Both the position numbers and the translations under genes were made by a program. 64,000 nt of DNA from Malacoraja senta (lineage: Eukaryota), in NCBI GenBank assembly GCA_038087875.1, contig CM075983.1, forward strand, positions 13,392,001 to 13,456,000, written 5' to 3'. Below, piece after piece: positions 24,501-33,790 of the stretch. The notes under the pieces are model-generated. The model saw only the letters and a list, made by a program, of their open reading frames with translations, was not told where the DNA came from and made no database searches. Position 1 is the first letter of the stretch. Every line of letters begins with the position of its first letter.

Positions 24501-27500
24501 CTCTTTCAGGCTTTCATGCACTAACCTTTATCCTCTAGTGCATTTGAAGAAAGGTTCATAAGTTATAGGAGTATAATTAGGCCATTTGACCCATCAACTC
24601 TACTCCGCCATTCAATCATGGCTGATTTATCTTTCCCTTTCAACCCCATTCTCTTGCTTTCTCACCATAACCCCCGACACCCGTATTAATCAAGATTGGT
24701 ATACCCCGCAGTATACACATGATACAAATCTCATGTTATATTTCTTCTCATAAGATTGTAATTTTCTATATTTTATAAAACTGTTTATTGTTTGCATTAG
24801 TATTTTGCATAGATGGTACTAGTGTTAACTACTAATTCACTAAATAAACACAGTTTTATGCTTCACATTGTGGATAAGCTTATTTTGGGATAAAATCAAA
24901 TTTGAGGTATTTTGGGATAAAATCAACTAGTACAACTAGTTCACCACCAGCTCGGTGACTCCAGCAACGGCCTACAATAATGGAATAAGAATAAAAGAAC
25001 AGTGCACATCTATGTTTTAGAAAGGAACTGCAGATGCTGGTATATACCAAAGATAGACATAAATTGCTGGAGTAACTCAGTGGGTCAGGCAGCATCTCTG
25101 GATGGGTGATATTACGGGTAAGGACCCTTTTTCAGATTCTGAGTCTGAAGAAAGGTCCCGTCCTGAAACATCACCCATTCTTTCTCTTCAGAGATGCTAT
25201 CTGACCCGGTGAGTTACTCCAGCACTTTGTGCCGATCTTGTGCATATCTACTGTTATTTTAATGGAATTACTCTGCCTGATAGTAGCGTTTAGATATTTT
25301 GAATTTGAACTGGTGGGTTTGAGCTGAAATTACATAATATGGTTATGCTGGAGTTTTGTAAATTTACAATTTGTGTCTTACTTTCTTGTTCGCTGAATCT
25401 GTGAAATTGAACTCCCAATATTGCAGTGGAATCCCAGAAAACATCATGTTAAGGGTGACATGTTTTTAGAACAGTTGTATCTCTAAAAAATAAATCTCTA
25501 AAAAAGGGAGGCATGGTGGCTCAGTGGTAGAGTTGCTGCCTTACAGCGCCAGAGACATGGGTTCAATCCTGACTACTGGTGCTGTCTGTATGGAGTTTGT
25601 ACATTCTCCCCGTGACCTGCGAGGGTTTTCTCAAGAGTGCTCCGCTTTCCTCCCACACTCAGAAGACGTGCAGGTTTGTAGGCTAACTGGCTTGGTAAAA
25701 TTATGAATTGTCTCTAGTGTGTGTAGGATAGTGTTCGTGCGTGTGGATCGCTGGTCGGCACGGACTTGGTGGACCGAAGGGCCTGTTTCCACTCTATCTC
25801 GAAACTAAACTTAAAAAACTTACATTAAGCAATTCCTTCTATCAAAAGATACGTTGAATGAATCAAACAGTTAACTCATTGATCTTTCCTTTCTGCTTCA
25901 GCTTCTGAGAGTGATGCCATCATCGGAGGTATTATTGGGGCGGTTCTGATAGCATCGATCATTGGAGTTATCATCTGGATGGTTACAAAGAAAGCAAAGA
26001 AAAATGCAAAGAAAAATGCGCAAAAAGATACTGAACTTCAGTGAGTGTGACGTTTTCCGTGTTGTTCCAAATGCTTTATATTTAGTCCTTGAGAAAATGC
26101 TTGGGTTTTGTCTATGTTATGTTGTCTGTTTTTATCAGCACAAGGGAAAAGAATCATGAGTTGGCATTTTCCATGAAATGCCTGGTCTAACCATCACCTG
26201 AGCTTTTGATTTTCTGGCAATAACCCTACAAATAATCACCATCTGTCGTCAATTAGTTGATCTTACCCTGGCAACTGCTAGGTGCAAAAAACTGCCTTAA
26301 GTTGCAATAATGGGCGAGGGAAACTATTAAGAGCACTGAATGCAGTCAAAGGCATGGGAGCAGATAACATCCCAGCCACAGTACTGAATACTTGCTCTCC
26401 AAAATCGGCTGTGCCTCCAACCAAGTTGTTCTACTAAAGGTACATCACTGACATCTACTTGTGTAGGAAGGAATTGCAGATGTGTTAAAGAAGGAACTGC
26501 AGATGCTGGAAAATCGAAGGTACACAAAAATGCTGGAGAAACTCAGTGGGTGCAGCAGCATCTATGGAGCGAAGGAAACAGGCAACGTTTCGGGCCGAAA
26601 CCCTGCTCCATAGATGCTGCTGCACCCGCTGAGTTTCTCCAGCATTTTTGTGTACCTAAGGAATTGCAGATGCTTGTTTAAACCAAAGATGACACAAATA
26701 GCTGGAGTAACTCAGCGGGACAGCATCTCTGGAGAGAAGGAGACATCTGGGAGACATTGACTTGACAATATGGGAAATTGCCCAGATATTAGTTTAGTTC
26801 AGAGATCCAGCGCGGAAACAGGCCCTTCGATCCATCAAGTCCATGCCGACCAATGATCCCTGCACATTAGTACTATCCTACATTAGGGCAATTTTTACAT
26901 TTATGCCAAGCCAATTTACCTACAAACCTTTGAGAAGGAACTGCAGATGCTGGAACATCGAAGGTAGACATAAATGCTGGAGAAACTCAGCGGGTGAGGC
27001 AGCATCTATGGAGCAAAGGAAATAGGCAACGTTTCGGGCCGAAACCCTTCTTCAGACATATCTGTTGGTCTTTGGAGTGTGGGAGGAAACCAAAGTTCTC
27101 AGAAAAAACCCACGCAGGTCACGGGGAGAAGTACAAACCCCATACAGACAAGCACCCGTAGTCAGGATCAAACTCGGGTATCTGGCGCTGTGAGTACTGT
27201 AAGGCAGAAATTCTACCGCTGCGCACCATGCTTCCCAATATGTCCTACAAATGGCAGAACAATCCCAACTACTGTCTGAATGTTGTGTAGGATCAGGGGG
27301 TATGCACGTAGATGTGAACAGCTTCATTTTCTGAGGAGTTGAACAATATTCAATCATCAGTAAAAGTCTCCACTTCTAAACTTATGATGGAAGGAAACCA
27401 CTGTTTGAGGCTGAGCCATATTGCTTGCATCTTTCATGTCACATTTAGTGAATATCGCCACTAATCCTTATTTCTCTTCTTCCAAGGGCCAAACAAGAAT

Positions 27501-27724
27501 CCAAGAACACTCTTGCCACCTACGTGGCTGTCCCCACTGATGCTGCAGCTGCGGAAAGTACAAACCATGTTGAGTCACCAGATGTGGGCCAAAACAGCAC
27601 GGACACCCCTGAGCTCCACCAACCTCCGCACGAACATCTGCCCTTGAGTGAACATGCTGATCCATCGGGCAGCGGGCAAGCAGAACGCAAGGAGAGTGAG
27701 GGAGATGGTCCACAGGAGACTTAG
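3492..27724 (+). CDS. VSIG1: V-set and immunoglobulin domain-containing protein 1 (CTX/A33 family), 7 coding exons, 1065 nt = 354 aa + stop
   Basis: join(3492..3540,7376..7539,16843..17041,22219..22374,23602..23721,25902..26040,27487..27724). All introns are GT-AG and the frame stays open. Order is signal peptide, split V domain (TLLC..QWSF / GNASITI..DSGNYIC..NPPDF), split C2 domain (PSKP.C / YQC), TM and acidic tail. Motifs match human VSIG1 as recalled (VQVT, GNASITI, DSGxYIC, NPPDF, KPSKP). Confidence 0.93.
5200..5890 (-). mobile_element. Degenerate Penelope-like fragment
   Basis: Purine-rich + strand with blocks similar to 55160..55870 (e.g. GGGTGGAAGGTGAG(A/G)AC). Confidence 0.5.
5915..6180 (-). 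mobile_element. CR1/HER1-like LINE 3' end
   Basis: Reverse complement of the 3' tail seen at 42000..42220. Confidence 0.7.
6395..7040 (-). mobile_element. CR1/HER1-like LINE, RT N-terminal fragment
   Basis: KSPGPDRIYPR, FKKGSRENPGNYRPV, SQHGF, CLTSLIEFF. Confidence 0.85.
7376..7539 (+). CDS. VSIG1: VSIG1 exon 2 (V domain N-half), 164 nt
   Basis: Acceptor cctcag| and donor CAG|GTAAAT. Encodes CVRAVQVTVKDGQLNGTEGGSVTLLCTYTT...NVQWSF. Confidence 0.95.
8880..9200 (+). mobile_element. CR1 LINE 3' fragment
   Basis: Ends GGGCCAAATGGCCTAATTCTGTCCTAT and is homologous to 52780..53105. Confidence 0.75.
9672..9972 (-). mobile_element. HE1-like SINE
   Basis: tRNA-like head plus HER1-like tail, (TTTAG)n on the + strand. 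Confidence 0.85.
10117..10230 (-). tRNA. tRNA-Leu(CAA) with 30-nt intron (5' exon 10230..10193, intron 10192..10163, 3' exon 10162..10117)
   Basis: GTCAGGATGGCCGAGTGGTCTAAGGCGCCAGACTCAAG-[30 nt]-TTCTGGTCTCCAACTGGAGGCGTGGGTTCAAATCCCACTTCTGACA. Acceptor, anticodon and T stems and the A/B boxes are intact. A T4 terminator lies at 10109..10106. Confidence 0.95.
13259..13569 (+). mobile_element. HE1-like SINE
   Basis: GGGCGGCACAGCGGTAGAG..GGTTCGATCC..(CTAAA)n. Confidence 0.85.
13858..14073. mobile_element. MITE, 216 bp, 36-bp TIRs, flanked by TTAA
   Basis: TIR GGGCCTGTCCCACTTTCACGACCTAATTCAC(G/A)ACCT. TTAA at 13854..13857 and 14074..14077. Confidence 0.88.
14856..15297 (+). mobile_element. HE1-like SINE with internal 24-bp tandem expansion
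   Basis: The SINE body is interrupted by 7 copies of TGTACATTGCCCCTAGTGCGTAAA. Confidence 0.8.
15015..15182. repeat. 24-bp tandem repeat x7
   Basis: Units start at 15015, 15039, 15063, 15087, 15111, 15135 and 15159. Confidence 0.95.
15511..15809 (-). mobile_element. HE1-like SINE
   Basis: Same head and tail, reverse orientation. Confidence 0.85.
16337..16640 (-). mobile_element. CR1 LINE 3' fragment
   Basis: AGGCCATTCGGCCCATC tail motif. Similar fragments lie at ~24555..24700, ~30190..30410, ~34560..34840 and ~36620..37020. Confidence 0.7.
16843..17041 (+). CDS. VSIG1: VSIG1 exon 3 (V domain C-half), 199 nt
   Basis: Acceptor tttacag| and donor TAG|GTAGTG. Encodes IYFYGG...[28 protein letters not shown]...LTVL. 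Confidence 0.95.
18346..18500 (-). mobile_element. HE1-like SINE, 3' half
   Basis: (TTTAG)n-AGATACAGCGTGGAAACAGGCCC. Confidence 0.75.
20203..20558 (-). mobile_element. tRNA-derived CORE-type SINE with L2-like tail and (ATT)n end
   Basis: 5' A/B boxes (TGGCGCAATGG, GTTCGAATCC), core CCTTGGGCAAGACACTTCACC, and 3' GCGCCTTGGG..AAAGGCGCTATATAAAT followed by (ATT)n. Confidence 0.8.
20841..21705 (+). mobile_element. CR1 LINE 3' part (ORF2 C-terminus)
   Basis: ORF 21032..21622 has VRPHLEYCVQFWSP and RRMRGDLIETYKI. The 3' stem-loop is GGGCCGAATGGCC. Confidence 0.9.
22219..22374 (+). CDS. VSIG1: VSIG1 exon 4 (C2 domain N-half), 156 nt
   Basis: Acceptor aattgcag| and donor TTG|GTAAGA. Encodes (V)PPSKPNCGIVAHPVKARSAILTCHCDKGVPSPRYRWVKL. 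Not shown in this frame in the ORF track. Confidence 0.93.
22497..22885 (+). mobile_element. HER1-like CR1 LINE 3' fragment
   Basis: GNFFTQRVVGVWNKLPEEVV followed by the tail CTGTTTCCACACTGTATCACTCTATG. Confidence 0.85.
22929..23387. other. N runs (22929..23075, 23093..23387) within (TA)/(CA)-rich sequence
   Basis: 147 and 295 Ns flanked by TATGTATATA and ACGCATGCACATACACG. Probably masked or unresolved microsatellite. Confidence 0.8.
23602..23721 (+). CDS. VSIG1: VSIG1 exon 5 (C2 domain C-half), 120 nt
   Basis: Acceptor atttcag| and donor TTT|GTAAGT. Encodes (D)PRTGMLTISNISDNENGIYQCIAFNILGDETCTVDLTKL. Confidence 0.93.
25505..25810 (+). mobile_element. HE1-like SINE
   Basis: GGTGGCTCAGTGGTAGAG..GGTTCAATCC..tail. 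Confidence 0.85.
25902..26040 (+). CDS. VSIG1: VSIG1 exon 6 (transmembrane helix and basic juxtamembrane segment), 139 nt
   Basis: Acceptor cttcag| and donor CA|GTGAGT. Encodes AIIGGIIGAVLIASIIGVIIWMVTKKAKKNAKKNAQK. Confidence 0.92.
26791..27228 (-). mobile_element. HE1-like SINE with a Penelope-tail insertion (~26930..27058)
   Basis: The SINE halves flank AAGGAACTGCAGATGCTGG...CCCTTCTTCAGAC. Confidence 0.75.
27024..27058 (-). ncRNA. Minimal type I hammerhead ribozyme motif in a Penelope-derived tail
   Basis: UGU-CUGAAGA-A-GGG-UUUCGG-CCC-GAAAC-GUU|GCC. Catalytic core boxes and stem II are intact. Confidence 0.6.
27487..27724 (+). CDS. VSIG1: VSIG1 exon 7 (cytoplasmic tail to stop)
   Basis: Pyrimidine-rich acceptor tttctcttcttccaag|. 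The phase-2 start matches exon 6, and the frame runs into ORF 27524..27724, ending at TAG. Confidence 0.85.
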
Positions 27725-30700
27725 TTAGCCAGCAGGGTCAGAATCAGAAGCTATCATTTTATACCAAAAAAAAGAGATTATGAAGGGTCTCTAAGTAAAA
27801 CATCAAAATAATTTATATTGCAAGCGCAATATTATGAGTGAATCTGTACACATAATAGAATTTCCTTTCATATGAATTGCTAATTGCATCCCAGCCATTC
27901 TCGCTATTATCATGGTTTAAAACTGCTTCAAGATATATTTTACTTGAGTGCAAAGCAATGAATAATTTGTTGTCTTAAATTTCCCACCTCATTGATGAAA
28001 ATACATAATTTTGGCACAGTAGACGATGGGCCGAATGGCCTAATTATGCTCCTAGAACTTATGAATCGTTTTGCATTTGACAAGTTTATTGGGTCAAGGA
28101 TGAGGATGCCTCGCTGGATCTTGGGATTCTTCAACTAAGGACGGGGAAAATAATCCTTCTTTCAGTCGCTACCCAGAGATCAGTCCTTGTACTGGAATCT
28201 TGAACAATAAACAAACTGTTGGAAGAACTCAATAGGTTAGGCAGCATCTGTAAAAGGAAATTCATCAGTTTGATGAAGGGTCAGGACACAAAACCTTATC
28301 TGTCCATTTCTTTCCACAAATGCTGCCTGAACTGCTAAGTTCCTCCAGCAGTTTGCTTGTTGATCAATTCTTTTACATTGAGAAATACAAGGAGCTGCAG
28401 ATGTTGGTTTACAATAAAATACAAAAAGTGCTGGAGTAACTCGCTGGGTCAGGCAACGTCTCCGGAGAACATGGATAGATGACATTTTGGGTCGGGTGTG
28501 AAGTAGATTTAAATATATCTGTAAGCAGCTTTACACATGATAACAAGTATGGTTTTGAGCCTAGACACATGCAATTGACATTTTAAATGAAGGCAATTTG
28601 ATTATTTGCACAGCTACATTGGTTGAGATTATGGACTAAATGCTGGGCGATGGGATTATAATGGAATCCCATTATAGCATGGATGTGTTGGGCTGAATGG
28701 ACTCTTGCCATGCTGTAGGATTTTATGATTCCATGATTCTATGAACAAGATCAGTGTTGGTCCTAAAGCCCTGAAGATCGGTAGGAAATTGACATTCACG
28801 AAGCCCTGAAGATCGGTAGGAAATTGACATTCACGAATACATAACAAAACACTGCTAATGTTGCAAAACTGAAATAAAAATGCTGGAAATGTTCAGTAGA
28901 TTTGTCTGCCTATGTGGAGAGAGAAACAGAGTTAACTATTGAAAGATTATCATCCTAAAATGTTAAATGTGTTTCTCTGTAGTTGCTGCTTCACCCATTG
29001 AGTATACCCAGCATTTTCTATTTTTAATTCAGATTTCCAACAGGTGCAGTATTTTGTTGTTGGATTAACATTTTAGATCAAAGGCCTTTCAACAAGATGA
29101 AAGTTCACTGAATGGTTAACTTTGTTTCTTTCCATAGATGATGCCTGGCATTCGGATTATTTGCAGCATGTTCTGCTTTTAAGCTGACATTTACCTACAC
29201 AAGATATATATAGAGGAAGGGTGGTCACTTTGGGGTAAAATTGTAGAACCGCCATCGATCACAGAACAGTTCCTCAGCAAATGTCTTGTGGAAATAGTTT
29301 TTAAAAATACAAACATCGTTTTTTTCCGGCATGAAGCTCCGTTGAGCTATTCATTCTTTATCAAGATCCTTATCTTCAGCGCAGACAAATAATTTACGTC
29401 TCATCGGTCTGGTTTGGACCCGAGTCCCAAGGATTCAATGGGAATGTCCTTAATGGTCATTATCGTGACTTTGTAAATGTCACTGTTTAACCAATGCGTG
29501 ATTGCTAAATAGTTTCTTTTGTTTTATGTTTGTATGAAGTAAATACCATTGAAAAATTGGTTGTTGAACAACCCGTGGTTTAGGGAGCAGACGTTATGTA
29601 GTTATGCACACTCACCCAGCCACGTTTTTTACATCATTATTAATTAATGGCAGCAATGAGCTGGAGTTTCAAGATATGTGCCCCGTGTCCCCATTGGAAA
29701 TACAGAAACTACCCACTATTCTCTTAACAGAAATCCTGCTTATATAACAGCAGGAAGTTGCTCCTAATATGGATTTAATTCACTTTTCAGATAACGAATC
29801 TCTTTTGAAAATAAATTAGAAGGAATGAGCAAAGTATGTAAAAAGGGAAAGATACAGAGATTGCTTTAGAATAGATCTTTAGAATTACCAAGTGTCAATG
29901 GCTCGATTGTAATCATATATGGTCTTTCTAATCTGGATAGCACACAACAAAAGCTTTTCACTGTACCTTAGGGTCTGGAATCAAAATTTGGAGGGTGGAG
30001 CTGAGAGCGATCCACATTTCATTTTTAACTGATTAGTTTTCAATTTACATTCATCTACCTGCAGCAAGTTCCAAGTGCCAGATTTAAAAGATATTTTAAC
30101 GTTTTGCAATTGCCTGCCGCTGCATGAATGTCTCATGTAGCTGACAGAAGCCACGTGTCCAGGCAGGTGTGGCACCTTAATGGGCATTAAGTTCATAAAT
30201 TATAGGAGCAGAATTAGGCCATTCGGCCCATCAGGACTATTCTGCCATTCAATCATGGCTGATCTATCTTTCCTTCTCAACCCCATTCTCCTGCTTTCTC
30301 CCCATAGTCCCTGACACACCTACTAATCAAGAATCTATCAAGCTTTGCCTTAAGACTATCCATTGATGTGGCCTGTATAGATTCTGTGACAATGAATTCC
30401 ACAGATTTGTCACAGATTATTTTGCAGGTCAGGTTCATTATGTCAGAGATACTTGAGCTGGAAACAGATGAACATTCTTCAAGATCAATGCAGAAATATC
30501 GGATTGCATTTCACATTTGCTTTCTTGATTAAGTTCTATTCCAAAGTGCACATAAACATTTTGTAATAAGTGATAGAAAATCTAAGCCTGAAAAAAATGG
30601 CTAAATGTACCTTCTAAATGTCTTCAATATTTTAAGTTTCACCATTTAATATTGCTGCAACTATTTGGTCTTCTCTTTTCTTTAAGAAGATTAATAATTT

Positions 30701-32067
30701 CTTTTTTGTACACGCTTATTTTTTCTACCCATCTCTTCTTATTTCTTTGCAATACAGTTAATTGGTGTAAAAGATAATGACACCTGAAATATTAGATGTT
30801 GACTGATGATTGTCAGAATTTCCAATTTCTAAATAAGCAGGTGGCTTTCTTAATATGTTTTCTAATGAATTGCCTTTGTATGGATTTGCCTGTCAAAAGT
30901 TAAGCATTTGTTTTAAAATCATGTATATTTGATTAAATCATTGCTTCTATTGCCACTAAGACTGTAAAGAGTTAATCAACTGTGTATTTTTACAATTCTG
31001 TAAAAAAAAAGTCTGAAGTCAATAATGTCTGCACAAAAATAGGATTGCATTAATATAAACTACTTCTTAAATAAAACTTTTGGTGTCATTCTACTTTCAT
31101 CTCTAACATGAGGGCAAATCAATACCAGAATTTATGCTGGCCAATAACTAGCACCGTCTTCTATGAGGATGATGCGATGCAATGATGGATTTTCTTTGGA
31201 ACGTAATGTTCCTTGGTTATTCTGGAGGAGAATATTATCTGTCGTTAAGCAGCAAGTCATAGCTGGGTAGTGAAATGTGCTTATGATGGATTGACTTGGG
31301 GGATAACCTTTGTGGATCAATGAGTAATAAAGTTTCACAAAGCCCTCTGAAATAATGTAACGTGCGTTAACATTGCCGAAACATACAAGTTCATAAGTTC
31401 TAGGTGCAGAATTAGGCCATTCGGCCCATAGAGTCTGGGGGAGGCTAAGGACGGAAAGGTCAGTATGGGAATGGGAAGGGGAGTTAGTGTTTGGCAACCG
31501 GGAGATCACTAGGCCAAAGCAGACCAAGCAAGGGTGTTCAGCGAAAAGATCTCCCAGTCAGCGCTTGGTGTCGCAGATATATAGGACTCCACACTATTAT
31601 ATTCCTCTTTCACATGGTAACACACAGTTCAATCATGTTGAGTTAATCTACAATTAAAACAGCCTGCAAAGCATCCAGTCTATTCAATCTTACAGAGCCC
31701 AACTCACCTACTGAAACACTACTATGAGATATGATTTATTATTTATTTATTTATCCTCCTTGTCTTAGTCTCCCTCTTCATTATTTTGCACGCAAGTTCT
31801 GATAACATTGTTGGTCTTGAAACCTCGGACAGTGAAACTCCAGAGGTTGACTCGTACAGCCGCTCGGCGCTGCAGCAGATCTTTTCATGTTGTTTTGCGA
31901 TGTCACGCGACGTGCATCACATCAATTGCGATGTCATGCACTGGTCATCCCATGCATTATGTTGTCATCTGATCCCACCTGAATCATGTTATGTCCAATG
32001 AAACCCATCTGTTAATATGTTACTGCAGCCCTTCACTCAAAGACTAATTTCATAAGAATGGAACAAT

Positions 32068-32889
32068 ATGAGAATCTTAACTAAATTATTCCTACACTCC
32101 AAGGCGTACTCAAATGCAATCAGCAGTCCAGGGAAATTCCAATGCTTGCAATACTTGAAGACACTGAGGAATTTTCAGAATGATGGATTTTACACGGTTT
32201 ACTTGGGTAAAACGCATATTTCTGAGAACCTGATAACAGGCGATGTGAACTCCAGCGTGGTCAAAACCAAATCACCTCTTGAAGAACTGACATTAATCCA
32301 CGCTGGGGGAGTAAGAGGCTGGGTCCCGTGGCAATACAGAGTCTTCTTCCAGTCACAGCAACTATGGACGTCTCCAAAGCCTGTAGATGCTAATGAGCGG
32401 ATCTTTGAAGAATTCTGTCAGGTGCTCAGGGAAACCTACGGAAAATGCACAGTGGTGATGAGATCCAAATATTGGGTTCCTGCAACTAAGTCACAGGTTC
32501 AAAGTTCCTCTGAAGACCAGTCAGTGATCCCTCTGTGGAACCCAGAGGCCAAGCTCAATTCCCCTTCGCAATCTCCAGACATCCAAATGACAAAGGTTTT
32601 TTGTCCCAGGATTGCGAGACACCATGGCCACGAGTTCTTGTACCTTCCTCCCCCTTATCCTCATCTCAGTCCTTTAGAATCAGCATGGTCTTCGGTTAAA
32701 TGGGCTTTAATCAACAATAGGAAACATTTCACTGTTGCGGCCTTTCCAAAAATAGATGACTACAAGCGCATCCACTTGAAGGCTTTGATTGAAAACGCGA
32801 TTGAGGGAGTAACGCCTTCCAAATGGGAAACGTCCTTTAACCGAGTCAAGAAGTGGGAGAATCGCTATCTCTACAACCAAGCGCAGTAA
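32068..32889 (+). CDS. FAM243A: FAM243/C21orf140 homologue, single-exon, 273 aa, IS630/Tc1-like DDE-derived
   Basis: Intact ORF in unique sequence. The motifs QCLQYLKTLR, GFxTVY.G.T.I.E.L.TG, HAxG..GWVPW.YRVF, F.EFC.V.R..YGKC, GHE.L.LP.P...L.PL.SAWSS.KW..INNR.F and V..WEN.YL match human C21orf140 as recalled, with QC at the same position 25-26. AATAAA lies at 32914..32919. Confidence 0.87.
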   Translation: MRILTKLFLHSKAYSNAISSPGKFQCLQYLKTLRNFQNDGFYTVYLGKTHISENLITGDVNSSVVKTKSPLEELTLIHAGGVRGWVPWQYRVFFQSQQLWTSPKPVDANERIFEEFCQVLRETYGKCTVVMRSKYWVPATKSQVQSSSEDQSVIPLWNPEAKLNSPSQSPDIQMTKVFCPRIARHHGHEFLYLPPPYPHLSPLESAWSSVKWALINNRKHFTVAAFPKIDDYKRIHLKALIENAIEGVTPSKWETSFNRVKKWENRYLYNQAQ

Positions 32890-33454
32890 GGGGCCTCTCC
32901 TCTGATAATTGCAAATAAAATATCAATGCCACATTTTTGAGGTATCATTTTTAAACTTCAGAAAAGATTTTAGGAAAGGCAATTTTCGATGTTTCCAATT
33001 CAGAGGTGTTATTGCAAGGTGATCTTATTTAGGGGATGGAATCCATGTCATGATTCTAGTTTGGAAGTTTGCTATGGGAACGGAGCTGAGATCTATGGGA
33101 TTGGAGTTCCAGAGTCCCGGCTGCAGGGAGCAAATTCAACATGCTGATCGGCGTGGAAAACCCCATCAGATTAGGTTTGGCTGCCTCACCTAACCTAGGC
33201 ACCACATTTTCGGGGGGAGACTACGGTGAGGGGTATTTTAAATATGCTCTCAGTATAAAGCAGGTGCCGCACCATTGGTTGTCAGAATATTGGTGGTGAA
33301 CCTGTATTTAACTGAAGGATTTACTTTTTGTTGAAAGCACACAACATCTTTATAACTTATTAATTTACTACTTTTTTCTTAATCCTAGCCATTCTCTATT
33401 TGGTTCTCAAAATACCTTCAATCCTTCTTTAAAACCTAACATTACTTTCAATGC

Positions 33455-33790
33455 TTGACCACACAACTGTTTGAGCTGCTACCTCACAGCACCAGAGGCT
33501 CAAGTTCGACCCTCACCTTGGGTGCTGTCTGTGTGGAGTTTGCACGTTCTTCTGTGATCGCGTGGGCTTCCTTTGGTAGCTGCGGTTTCCTCCCGTATGC
33601 CAAAGACCTGTATGTCTTTAGGTTAATTGGCCTCTGTAAAAATCGCCTCTAATGTACAGGAGGTGGAAGCGAACGTGGGATAACATAGAACTAGTGTCAA
33701 CGGGTGATCAATGTTCGGAGTGGACTCAGCGGGCAGAAGGGCCTGTTTCCATGCTGTATCTCTAACATTAAAATTAAAACTAAAACTAAA
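33455..33790 (+). mobile_element. HE1-like SINE (diverged)
   Basis: Body GGTGCTGTCTGTGTGGAGTTTGCAC and tail GAAGGGCCTGTTTCC. Confidence 0.75.

Noticed and set aside
27515-27532. ATYVAV in the VSIG1 tail as ITIM/ITSM
   Set aside because: The -2 residue is Ala, not S/I/V/L/T, so it does not meet either consensus.
28766-28835. 35-bp tandem duplication containing CTGAAGA...GGAAA as a dimeric hammerhead
   Set aside because: There is no proper stem II and no NUH site in register. It is a simple local duplication.
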